DNA of 58,615 bases, counting the filler, from Platydemus manokwari (lineage: Eukaryota): assembly GCA_037951405.1 (NCBI GenBank). It is 4 parts of 4 records of this genome, joined end to end, with 100 filler letters (N's around TTAATTAATTAA, not from the genome) between each part and the next. Parts side by side here need not be neighbours in the genome. Positions count along the whole stretch, not along the records: positions 31,544 to 48,394 come from JBBMOY011139216.1; 3 more parts are not named here. The stretch is one strand, 5' to 3'. Both the position numbers and the translations under genes were made by a program. The notes beneath the pieces were generated by a model. The model was not told where the DNA came from and made no database searches. It was given only the letters and a program-made list of their open reading frames with translations. Shown here one piece after another: positions 32,596-45,132 of the stretch; the first letter of the stretch is position 1, and each line of letters opens with the position of its first letter.

Positions 32596-35500
32596 ATGAA
32601 TGAAAATTTAGATGTTCATCTTTTGAAAAGGTATTGGGATACATCATTTTTAATTTCGGAAATAAGGAAATTATCGAAAGAAATTGATGATTGCTATATA
32701 CCGAGCATCCAAACACATCATTTAATTGATGATATTCAGAAATATAAATCAGCAAAAGCCATCGATCGCTATCAGGTAAGCCATTTTATAATACCGTATT
32801 TTGAAATTTAAATTTTTAATTTTTCTTTGTAATTCATATTTTAAGTTTTATTGAAATTTTATTTTTATTATGGATTTCTGATGTAAATATTTTTTATTAT
32901 TTATTAAGAATTTCAGTGAACCAGAATTGAAATATAATGACGTTGATTGCAATTTACAATTCGGTAAAGTTGCTGCGTATCAATGTTTTAGTGAAATTGT
33001 TGAATGGCAACGAAATGCTGTACGGATTTCGGAAAATGATTGTGGATTGTATGACGAAGTGATGGGTGAAAAACGTCAACGGAAAAAACAGAAAGTCAAG
33101 AAACAGAAACCGTCCGAAGATTCCCGATGGTTGGATCCATCAAATCATTATGAAGTGGAAGAAGAAATTAGAAGGCAACGAGAAAAATTTTACGAAGATA
33201 AAGGATGGATGGTGAAAGAAAAGCAGTCACATAAAAAATATCGAAAGATATGGAAAATGATGATCAAGAAAGAATTGGGAAAGGCAGCTAGACAGAGAAC
33301 TGCTTTACGAAAGGAAAAGAATATCATTTTGCGAAAGGCAGCTCGAGATTGCAGTAGATATTGTCGACAACGAGCGCTTGCGTCTCAAAAATGTGCCAAA
33401 GATGCCCTTAGTAATTATTTATTATTAATTATATTTTTAATTAATATAACGATCGTTTGATCAAGTATTGTAAATCTAAATATTTCAAATTAAAATTTGT
33501 CGGGGATTGAACAAAAAATAGAGGTTTCATACATATTTAAATTTAGCGGTATTGGATAGGACCCCCCCCTAATATAACACTGAACAGTTTGATCATCGGT
33601 ACCCACATCAATTTTGAATATTGACCAACCTGCCGGGTTTCAATTCGTCAGCTTGCCTTTCCATTGATCTTGTTCGGAAAAAATTTCTCTTCGAATTGTT
33701 GATCTCCACATATTTTTCTAGAAATACGACAGTCGCTTGAAATATTGAAGGATTTATTAAGTAGGAATTCACCATGGCAACACTGCTTTAGATAATGGAT
33801 AAAATAAAATTCTTAACATTTTAAACATTCTTTTATAAAGCACTTGTACAACTCTACCGCGATTGTTTATTGGCATAAGATAAATTTTTATTTATATTTC
33901 GAGTTATTTGGTTTTCAATTCAAGTTCGTACAATATTGATATTATTTAATGCTTGAAATCCTATATATTTCAAAAAAAATATTATTAATAATTTTGGATT
34001 TCTATTCTACAAAAGTGTTATGTCACCACATTATATAGAAATGAGCTTTGACATCATTTGTATAACATTTATCGGATCAACTGAAGAATCTCAACCCCAA
34101 AATCAATAAAAAATAAACCAAATATTAAATCAAGTCAAATATTAACCAAATGTATTTATTGAGGATATTGCAAAGCAATGTGTTGGCATAGATTTGCAAA
34201 TCGATTTACACCAAATCGTTTTCTGCACATAAATACTGATACGTATGAGTGTCAAAGTTCACATCGACAATCACGCATATTATTTATTTGAGCCCAGTGC
34301 TTGTTCCAGTGAGACTCAACATGTTGTTTATGAACTCCGTTTATTGGTTAACGAAGTTCACAGAATGATTAATTGTTCTGTGAATAAATCAAAGACCTTG
34401 TAAATTCCTGTATGATCTCCATTAGTCGGTGTGTATGATAGACCAGGATCGTACAACTGCTTGAATAATGGGTAAAAGTGTGTCCTCATTTCTTTTATCC
34501 ACAATTTCCGTATAACTCGTTACAGGTCTTATACTGCTATCAACTATACCCAAAGCCAACAATAGATTTATTGAATTTGTGCTAATGAAGAATCTCCCTC
34601 TAAACTTGATCCCATTTATCAATGAAATATATTTGCTTTGTGTTAAGTATTTTCTTATTTTAGAATTCTATTTATTATTGAAATATTAAAATTTTGATCG
34701 AGAGATTAACATTAAAATGTAAAAAATAATAATTATAAACAATAATAACCAAGCACATTTTCATAAAAAAATAGAGAATAAGAAGTGTAATAGTAGCGAA
34801 TTGATAACAAGAGAATATTCATTAGTTTCAAGTTAAAATTTGTTGGTTTTCATTTGATATTTCAAATGCAAAATGTACATTCTTGAAATCTTTAGAGATT
34901 AGCTTCAGATATGGGTTATAATAAGTCTTGATCAAGTCAATTTCCTAATCAAACAAAAATATTCTTAAATAAAATAATAATCCACAAAAATAGTACAACA
35001 TTAATAACATTTTCTAATTTTTGATTATATTCAATCTATTATCAAAATTACAAGCTATATTTATTATTGTCAAAGGTTTTGTTACTTGTGTTTATCCGTT
35101 TATTTTATAACCGACAGTGATCACTATGACCGTAGAAGAACATGAATCAATCTTACAAGTTCTTTGATCTAGTGGAAAAGTTGCGTAATAAATATTAATA
35201 ATATATCATTTCTTCTAGACAGAGGTAGACGTCTAGCAAGAGAAATATCAATGTGTTGGAGACAGCTTGAGAAAGAAGAGAAAACATCGCGTAAGAAGGC
35301 CGATAAAATCCTTACTGAACAGAAGCGTAAAAATCTGGAAATGTTGGATGCTAAACGACAACAAAGGAAATTGAATTATTTGATAACGCAAACAGAACTC
35401 TATACTCACTTTATGTCTCGAAAAATGAGTAAAGAAGATTCCGATGATGTTGATGAAAAGGCTTGGTCAATTCTGGGCAAAATTGAAGAGGATAATGATG

Positions 35501-38500
35501 ATAAAAATGATCCCATGTTCGATGTTGACAAAGCTATGGCTAATGTAAAGGAGGCGGTTAATAAGCAAACGCAACAAGTAAGAATTTCTATAAACGAATT
35601 ATTACGAATAGAAATATGAAATAATCATTATTTTAACCATTAATTTAATTATTTTTTAAATTTTTTAAAAACTGAATAATTGATTAATTATTCATTGAGA
35701 TGATTTACACAATTTCCTCTCTTGGATAAATGTCAAAAATTCCAATAAAATAATCAATATGAAATACATAAATCTCTTTGAAGAATTAAAGGTTTGACAG
35801 TTTATAAAATATAATTAAATTAAACGTCAAAGTTATATATTATCAAATTTGTTTATCATTTCTAATTACATTAATAGGCCCTGAAGAATAATTTTTATGA
35901 ATCAAAACAGATTTATATTTATTTTTTAAATCATTTATAATTGCCATGGAAACATATTCTGTAGTTGTTATATTTATTTTAACACATTGACGGACAGTAG
36001 GAACAAATGAAGTTCGAAATTTAACACTATATGTGTGTACTTAAGCTGCAAGTCGTGTAATAGGTGGAAAATAAAAGTCAACGGAAAGAATTGTTTCCAA
36101 AACATGGCACTAGTCTTCTATTTGTACGTCGGTAAATGCACATTTGTGCCGCTAGAGCCGCATTGTCCAAAAAAGACCGTTTCGTTTTAGACAGCTATTG
36201 CCGTCTTGCCACATAGTGAACTTCGCTTTGACGGTTATAGACGCAGGTGTCCGTCAACGTGTTAAAATATTATTTATAAATCAATTAATGGAAATACTTT
36301 TGATTTGATAAAATTATTTTGCTGGAAAAAGCAAATAATTATTGAGTTTCAGAAATTCCTCAAATGATTAATATTTCAAGTTATGCAACAGTTATAATCA
36401 TTACGTAAATGAAAGTTGTGATTTAGTTCTATTAGCAATCTATTTGCATAAACTAGATTAAACATTTCATATTTTTCTATTTATTGATTTCTGAAAACAC
36501 TTCAAAATATAAAATGAAATTTTATATTAATATGAGATTAATTTACAAAATGATAAACAACATTTACGATCATTGCGCTAAATAAATAAACATTGATTTG
36601 AAACATGAGACTATCGATTTATTGATAACTATTTTATAGTCATACCTCTTAAAATTATAAGAATGCAAAGGTGGGCTTGAAAATGAAATAGTTTTTTATA
36701 GTTTTGTATAAGATGATCACTAAAAATATTTGAATGTAATTGAATTTGCAATAACAAGCACTTATAATGAATACATGTTTTATGCTATAAGAAATATTGT
36801 TAATTTATTCTCTTCAAAAAAGAACAGCCTTATACTATTTTTACTAAATATTATTCTTATTAATGCTATGCAATTTTATTACAATTATTTTTGTATTTTT
36901 TTCTCCTTTTAATCGAGGAATAAAATTTTATGAAACTCGCTTTACACTAAGAACTTTTTTGTCGCAGTGATAAGTAATGTCATCACACCTCAAGTAATAA
37001 AAGAAAATTGTTTTAAACTTATTGATTTTTTATTTCCTCAAACAATTTTGTGATATTTAAAATATATAAATCCAAAATTTTTAATGTTCAAATAATTATT
37101 TTACAGTGTGATACGCAATGCGTTCAACATAATACGGTTAATTTCAATGACGAAAGATGTAAACATTCTCATTTTTGTAATCTTTCAGGCATACCGAAAA
37201 TGCCGTCATACTTAGTTAACAAATTAACAGTGCCAAAATTTATTTTTAAATTTATTTTCTTCCTTCAGTGGATTTATGAGTATTGTTGGTATTGTCGAAT
37301 TTGAGAAAATTAATAATTATTTGTTTTCCTAACTGAGTATGTCCAATCTTTATGAAACTTATTTTAATTGTTTTCATTATATGGATATACGATATTAAAA
37401 GTTTCGTCAACAATGCTTAGACTATTTAAAATGAGCAATAAATCAAATTTTCCATTTTGATGAATTAAAAAAAACATTAGTGAAATTAATTTCCATAAAT
37501 GTTTAGATTTAAGTCTTCGATAGTTTGAAACTATCAATAAAAGTTGTGTAGTAATTCAATTCATACTAATACTTAAATAATTTATATTTCAATAAAATTT
37601 TGATATTTGAAACAAGAATTTGTTATATTGCAATCCCTTTTGATATGCAAAAACGTATTTTAACATGTCGTGTCGGTTTGGTTTTTATTTTTATGTATTT
37701 GTTTTGTAAAATTAGTTGTATCTTATTAAAAATTAGTAGATAAATAAAATATGATATATAAGGATATTGCAATTCACGTATATAATTAACTAACATCATT
37801 TAATAGTTTTTTTTATCGGAAAAGAATAATTGTAACCATAACAATAAAATGAGTCATGTACCGATCGAGAACTGATGAGTAAATAATGACACTTAGCCAC
37901 ATGCAAATTAGTCAGAGATGATTAAATCGTGTATTCAAATAAGGTATTTCGAAACTTAAATGGTTCCTAGTATAAACTATCTAATACAAAAAACCTGTAT
38001 TAATACATCGTACGTTTTGAGAATGCAAAGCTTTGATAAACTTAATATCATAATTAGCAACATATGAACTTTACCAACAATATTTAATGGATTTTATTTA
38101 CATTCTGAATTTAAATACCGACAATCATTTCTACGAACAGCACTGTATTCTTGTCAAATACTTGAACAGTATATTTTTAAATTTACTTTGAAATTTTCAA
38201 TTTTGATCATTTCAATAATTTAATTTCGATAAAATTTATGATGGATAAATTTTATTTTGATGTTTTTCTATTTCTGAAAAATTATTCATTTTTTAATCTA
38301 TCAAATATATTACAGATTAATTAATCTTTATTTTCTTTTATATTTAAATGTAAATTAAAAATTTTATTTAGATTGAAAAAAGTTAATCAAATATTATCTT
38401 TAAATTTAATATTTTCTAATCAATTCCATTTTCATCAATAGGAAAATATCTACTTTAAATGAATTTGATAGGCTCGATTAAAATTTTAATATAGCTGTAT

Positions 38501-41500
38501 TATGGATAGTGCTAATCGATAGAAATATAAATAAATATTCGTATCTCAAAAGCGTCTTAAAACTTTTAGAGTTTTTAATGTTTCAGATTCAATCTTTTGT
38601 CTCGGGGAAAGATATTATTACCGAAGGTACATCAAGTAGCGATACTACACCGAGTCTTTTCCAGGGAGAACTTAAATCTTACCAGAAAAAAGGTGTAGAG
38701 TGGCTGTTGTACTTGTTTGAGCAAGGCATTAATGGAATACTTGCCGATGAAATGGGACTCGGAAAAACTATTCAGACAATTGCATTCTTAGCAACACTTG
38801 CTGAAAAATATGATTTATGGGGACCCTTTTTGATTGTAGCACCAGCTAGTACTGTTCATAATTGGACTCAAGAGTTCCATAGGTTTTTGCCAGCATTTCG
38901 TGTGGTACCATATTGGGGAAGCGTTGGCGAACGAAAGATTTTACGTCGGTTTTGGAATAGTGGTTCCAACGCAAAACAACAATCCGATGGTGATTGCAAT
39001 AATAGTATTCTATTGTCAGACAGCAGTTTTCATGTTGTTGTATCCAGCTACCAAGTTGTATTACAAGATGCAAAGATGGTGGGAAGAGTACGTTGGCAGT
39101 ATTTAGTGCTAGATGAAGCACATGCAATTAAAAATACATCTAGGTAGATATTATTTAAAATAATGATAATAATTATCATATTTAATAATAAAACTAATTT
39201 AATAATTTATCATTGTATTCAAAGATAATACATTATATGGAGTAAGATGAAGATGTGTTGTAAAAATTATTTCTCACATGTTCTCGAATTTTCGTCCATT
39301 TTTCTATTTTAATACCAATGATATAAAACAGAAGTTTTACATTGTTTTAGAACTCATTGCTATAATTATTTCTACGCAAATAACTCTGTCAGATAATGAA
39401 TTTCTTGGGTCAATATTTTTTGCTAGTAACTCCAAAACTAACAAACCAATCAGCTTGTGCTGATGTGTGCATTTTTGTTTAAACTGTGCGCTGCCAGGAG
39501 CTAATTTATGTGAATAAAATGAAGTTATTTTATGATTTACAAAATTAATTTGATTTGAAGAAAGATTATTTGATCACAATACGGTAAATTTATAATGCTT
39601 AAAATATTATTATTTATTAAACTTGTGGTACTTTAAAACTATTTCTCTTTATTAAACTCGGTTGGTTAGAGAATTGATTTGCAATCAAAGTTGTAACATA
39701 TCTTGTAATTTCTTGTTTACAGTATATAAATGTTCATCGAGAAAATTCAATTTGTTTAAAGTTATGTTTTATGATTTACCAATATCTCTATACAAATTTA
39801 GTACTTATCATTTGTAATTTATTTCTTTCGATATCATAATTCACTTACATTCCCAACAATTTAGCCAACGATGGAATACATTGTTGAGTTTCGAATGTCG
39901 GAATCGGTTACTTCTCACTGGAACTCCGATTCAGAACACAATGCAAGAGGTAAATGAAAAATATCTGAAATGATCATTATGAGATTTGTAATAGTTATGG
40001 GCATTACTGCATTTCATCATGCCAACATTATTTGATTCACATGAAGAATTCAATGATTGGTTTAGTCGCGATATTGAATCTCAAGCAAGTGCTGCAGCAC
40101 AAGGCGCTGCTACAAGCAAACAGACCGCTAATCTAACAACAACAAAATTAAACGCAACTCAACTAAGTCGTTTGCATTTGATTCTTCAACCGTTTATGTT
40201 ACGAAGAGTAAAAACGGAAGTGGAACATGAATTACCGGATAAAGTAATGATTAGGTGACATATTTGTTTATTTATTTAAATGATGTTAGATAGAGAAAAT
40301 GCTCCAATGTCGCCTTAGTAGTCGCCAGGCTGCATTTTATCATCGATTAAAACGACGTATTCGCATTGATGATCTTAATATAGATTTACTATCCAGACAA
40401 CAAAAAAGCCTTTTGAATCTTGTGATGCAATTGCGGAAGGTGTGTAACCATCCGGATCTTGTAGAACCAAGAATCGAACAGTTCTCTGTTAGTACCCGCT
40501 TCATCGAGCCTTACTTGAGATGGCCGAGACTTTTCACTCAATTAGGTGATCTATACAAACCTAGATCATCGATAATCAATTTATTTATGTTTTGCATTCC
40601 TTATTTAACACATAAATGCATTACTGATCACCTTAATTCATCTTATTCATTTTTGCCAATATTCAATATGCAGCTTGGAGATTTTTATCATTATATGATG
40701 GGAAAGAATACTCAACCCCTTATTGATGATAGATGTAAACAAATGGAATCTTTAGCATGGCAAATATGTTATCAAGACGAAACGCATAAACATTTGTCCA
40801 AATCGTCATTTTACACAAATGTCACATATTATGTGCTTCAATTATTACGACAACATTGTGGAATCGAGTTATTATTTCCTTCAGATTGTTATTCTATCTT
40901 GGATTGGACTATAACAGGTAGCACTAGTATTGAGGTTTTAAGTTCCATGCCTACATCATTTGGTGTCATTTCGACCATGATGATCGTCAAGCCCACTATA
41001 GCTGCACCGGTTCAATTGGGTGTTTCAGCTCCTCAGCCACCAAATCATAGATTTTCTATGCAATATCTATCACTATTTCGATCACCAACCACTGTGGAAC
41101 CTGTTAGCAATGAGACGAGAATTGCTGATTCCGCTAAATTGTCGGCTTTGGACAAATTGCTTACTCAATTAAAACGTGAAGGTCATCGCGTTCTTATTTA
41201 TTCCCAGATGACACGCATGATCGATATTATTGAAGATTTAATGCGTTTGCGCGGCCATACGTTCATAAGACTAGATGGTAGTTCTCGACTTTGTGATAGA
41301 CGTGATATGGTTGCTGAATTCCAGTCTGGACAGGACTTATTTGCCTTTTTACTATCTACTAGAGCGGGTGGACTTGGGATTAATTTAACTGCAGCTGATA
41401 CGGTTATATTTTTTGATTCTGATTGGAATCCGACAGTGGATCAACAAGCCATGGATCGAGCTCATCGTTTAGGACAGAATAAACAAGTTACTGTTTATCG

Positions 41501-41879
41501 ATTAGTCTGTCGAGATACAGTAGAAGAGAAAATACTTTTTAGAGCTGAAGAGAAACGTCAAATGCATCGAATGGTCATTGCTGGGGCCGATTTGACTATA
41601 GATCAAATGCGTCCACGAGATGTTGCCTCGTTACTTCTTGAAGATGATGAAATGAATATTCGACTGGAACAACGTCGGAAACAAGCTGCTGGAAATCGAG
41701 GCGTACCTCGTAATCTTCAAGGAAGTGAAGTTGACACCAACTATGTACAAGTTGCTCAACATGAACAATTATCTAATAGTCCAGATGAAAAAAGTGGCGT
41801 GGTTACGTTTTCTGAATCAGCTTTACAAAAGAAAAGGCGAATAGCATGGGCCGGAGTGGTGAGTTCATTCCATCAATGA
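32596..41879 (+). CDS. INO80: Chromatin-remodelling ATPase INO80, 7 exons, ~1173 aa
   Basis: Exons 32596-32775, 32909-33410, 35219-35577, 38587-39143, 39865-39949, 39995-40243, 40290-41879, GT-AG and in phase. DBINO/HSA motif [26 protein letters not shown]; SNF2 motifs [51 protein letters not shown]; long split-ATPase insertion; [22 protein letters not shown] and [11 protein letters not shown]. The true 5' end is less certain. Confidence 0.95.
34082..34610 (-). mobile_element. Merlin/ISXO2-like (IS1595/IS1016-related) DDE transposase relic in INO80 intron 2
   Basis: Minus frame reads [66 protein letters not shown], the ISXO2-like core (TLLPII..V.PGS.IHTD.W.AY..L....H.TVNHS.NFV) with stops. 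Alignable to 51481-51773. Confidence 0.85.
35983..36261. mobile_element. piggyBac-type MITE (279 bp) in INO80 intron 3
   Basis: TTAA|CACATTGACGGACA ... TGTCCGTCAACGTG|TTAA: 14-bp TIRs (13/14 match) and a TTAA target-site duplication. The interior is more GC-rich and non-coding. Confidence 0.85.
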
Positions 41880-41902
41880 AATATAATATCATGATTGTGT
41901 TT

Positions 41903-42361
41903 TCAGACGAAAGGAGGTGGCAGACCAAAGAAACTTAAATTGTTGGAACCAACAATTAATAATGGTGGTGTACAAATCAAAAGGACTCCTTCAACATCAT
42001 CCCACATTAATTCTTTGTCAGAAGTGATACCAGAGAAAAAGAAATAATTTATGTTTTGTAAATAAAAATTTCCTTTCGAAATAATTAATATTTTTATCAT
42101 TTGAAGATTTAAAATGATTTCACTGTTTATATCTGTATTAGTGGTTGCCAACACTTCACGATCTTTGTTATTGATCATCTTCAAACATATCAGGATTAAC
42201 GGCATTCTTAAATCCTTTTTCAATATTTTGATTTCTAAATTCACCTTATTTTCATATTCTTGAGGTATCTTATTGATCATTATTTTATAACTCTTGTGCG
42301 ACGTAGAATACTGAATGAACGATATTTTACTTGATTCTTCATCAGTTGTGATTGTATCCAT
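41903..42361 (-). CDS. Unidentified 152-aa ORF convergent with INO80; possibly the last exon of a gene or a pseudogene
   Basis: Long for this AT-rich DNA. Possible upstream exon at ~42585-42649 (MELECEIVGVRNILINTTEVLK, GT donor) followed by an acceptor near 42535, but no clean spliced model could be completed. Confidence 0.4.
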   Translation of the reverse strand: MDTITTDEESSKISFIQYSTSHKSYKIMINKIPQEYENKVNLEIKILKKDLRMPLILICLKMINNKDREVLATTNTDINSEIILNLQMIKILIISKGNFYLQNINYFFFSGITSDKELMWDDVEGVLLICTPPLLIVGSNNLSFFGLPPPFV

Positions 42362-44385
42362 TAATCCAAAGTTTATAATTCAACACAAGCATATATTTTT
42401 TGTTATGGGTAACCTCATTGCGTCTTCTTCCGCCTAATAATGTTATCGATATTAGAATTTGTTTCCGAAACTCCTTATAGATATCTGTATATCTATTTTT
42501 GTGCATTTCGGATATTCGTCAACCAAATACAATCTAATATATTCTACTAATTTATAAGTAATTTTAGTGGGTTGTCTTAGTTACTTCAACACCTCTGTAG
42601 TATTTATGAGTATGTTCCTTACTCCTACAATCTCACATTCCAATTCCATTTTCTAGATTCCATCTTAATGGATTACGTCATCTTTTATTTTCGCAACCTT
42701 TTATATTTGATATTTATGTCTTCCAAATCTAGATGAAGTGCTTCTAACTCTTTAAAATTAAATTTAGTGTTTAAATTGTTTATGATGTGAATAGTTTTAT
42801 TATTTATTTATTTGGTGATTTTGGGAGGCTTCAGTAAAATAACTTAACTGAAAATTTCACTGAACCATCTAAAAGTGTTATTCAATATTGCTTAGTTGTT
42901 GCAACAAAGGATATTTGTCCCGCTGCAGCTAAATTTTAATAATGATAAAATTATACAATTTAAATCACAATCGAAATTATATCGATTGCGATGAAGCTCT
43001 GATATGATTTTATCTATGGTGGTCAATAAGTATGAAAAGTTAACTGAAAATTAACCAAATGACTTGGTAAACGACTTGGAATCGATTGAAAAATGTTTTT
43101 AATAAATATAACTTCATGGTCCTCTAATATTAAAGACTGTGCAGTTACTTGTGAACTCGTTTGACTGCCTTGTGAAAGTACCTATTGAAGGAAGTTTCCT
43201 CGGTGCTAAAAATAGGATACGATCATGTATTATAAATAGATGATCGAAGCATGCGGGTTAATTAAATTTTGATATTTTATTGTGAATGAAACAATTAACT
43301 GATAATAATAATAGTAATAATAATTGGCCCTTAAATTTCAAAACACAAAAATAATATATCATTACTTAAAGTTTTTGTTTCATTGGTAGATCTTCTGTAA
43401 GGTCTTATTTAAGGGTTTATTCTTCTTGAGGTTTTGTTGTGGTGGAAAGCAGTGATTTTCATTCTGTTAGTTGTAATATTATTCTATAAAAAATGAAAAA
43501 AAAATAATATCTATATTTAGATAATATTGTATTTATCTACAAGATACGCTGTATTTTTCTCTATGATTATATTCTTTCTATTTTTATTTTAAATAATATT
43601 AAAAAAATCAAATTTCAAGCTGTATATGAAGTTAATATTGATATAATTGTCCAGGGTATCAAAATGTTATTGTTCTTCTCTCTAGTTGGCTGCAGGGCCA
43701 GGACCGAAACATTGACACATTTATTTAAAATTCTCTGATTGACAATATCTATATCATTTCAATAGATTAACAAGGTTTTCTGTCGTAATATCGAATAGTT
43801 ATTGACATTGTCGACAATTTTTACTGACCTACTTCTCTTTGGGTTATAGTTTGATGAGAATTTAGATTGCTTATTTTAGGTTTTTGAATTATTTTTGGTG
43901 AATGAATGGCAAAAGCAGGGAAGCTTGATCAGTGTTTTTACTAATATTTATATAAGAATTTTATTTGTCAATTTGACTCCAGAATTACTTCTATTATTTG
44001 TACATTTTAAATATATTTGAAGTAACATTTAAAATGAATTACTTATCAGTTGATTTTTAATTAATTAAAATTAATTTTGTCTATTGTTAAAAGTCAATGC
44101 AAATTCGTGCGTGATTAAATCATCATAACTAATTTTAAACGAATTTATCAGTTGGGAATTCAAATGTTAAGCACAACTAAAGAACTTTATTGGTTTATTT
44201 GAGTTTCTTCAAAAAGCCAAAATTCTCACGAGTATTGTATTTATCTAATTTCTAAACCATAACATTATTTTTGGGTATGATTCTAACGGTTTAATATTAA
44301 TATTATATAAAAATATAAAATCTTTAAGTAATTATTGCAAAATTTTAAATTGATTTATAATTTAATAATCGTCAAATTTTAACTA

Positions 44386-45132
44386 ATGGATGAATTATGT
44401 AAAACCAAATCATACAGAAATATCTTAGATATTATTCAAAGTCTAAATGATAAGATAACTACTAATGATCAGATATCGGACAATGGTTCCAAACCATTTA
44501 TGACACCAATCAAAAATAAAATGTCAAAGGATTCATTAATACTGAAAAAACATACTCATTTTAGCAGCTTTGAAATCTCAATATTATCAAAATTGTTTTA
44601 CACTCTGAAAAGTGAAAATAAAAGTTCTCTATTATTAGATTCAGATTTCAAGCAATTTTTACAAATTACTCTCGACATCACCGACAGTTTGGCTTTAAAT
44701 GGGATTATTCATTCTGCTAAACAAAATTCTCTTAGGAAAGGGGTTAAACTTCATGAATTCATAATTACATTGAATATTCTATTGAGAGGAACTATTGAAG
44801 AGAAAAGTTATTTATCATTTCAAATATTAGACTATGATCATGATGGATATATTCGAAAGAATCAAGAAATTATTAATTTAATCAGAAATACTATAAATAA
44901 ATATATAGCAGCAACAAATGTGGAACTAGATCCCGGCGAACCGGAAAGAGATATAAATGAATATATTTGGAAAAAATTTGATAGCTCTTCTTCTCTGACG
45001 ATTGACTATCAATGTTTCAGAGAAGCTATTTTAAAAGAACCTTTACTATTAGAATCCATGAACAAATTTTTGCCATCAGATTTGCGATCGGCAGCTTTAC
45101 AAACATTGCTCTTTTCTAAATCAAAATTATAA
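44386..45132 (+). CDS. Calaxin/EFCAB1-like EF-hand protein (NCS-related), intronless, 248 aa
   Basis: THFSSFEISILSKLFY, FKQFLQITLDITD, EFIITLNILLRGTIEEK..SFQILDYDHDGYI, ELDPGEPERDINEYIWKKFD and FREAILKEPLLLES..FLP follow the calaxin pattern. AATAAA at 45314. Confidence 0.85.
   Translation: MDELCKTKSYRNILDIIQSLNDKITTNDQISDNGSKPFMTPIKNKMSKDSLILKKHTHFSSFEISILSKLFYTLKSENKSSLLLDSDFKQFLQITLDITDSLALNGIIHSAKQNSLRKGVKLHEFIITLNILLRGTIEEKSYLSFQILDYDHDGYIRKNQEIINLIRNTINKYIAATNVELDPGEPERDINEYIWKKFDSSSSLTIDYQCFREAILKEPLLLESMNKFLPSDLRSAALQTLLFSKSKL

Noticed and set aside
33770-33785. X-box-like CACCATGGCAAC in INO80 intron 2
   Set aside because: It continues as GGCAACACTG, which is better explained as a hAT-type terminal repeat remnant.
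37050-37304. Possible extra INO80 exon (acceptor near 37106)
   Set aside because: Exons 3 and 4 already join in frame (KQTQQ|IQSF) as expected for INO80, and the peptide has no INO80 similarity.
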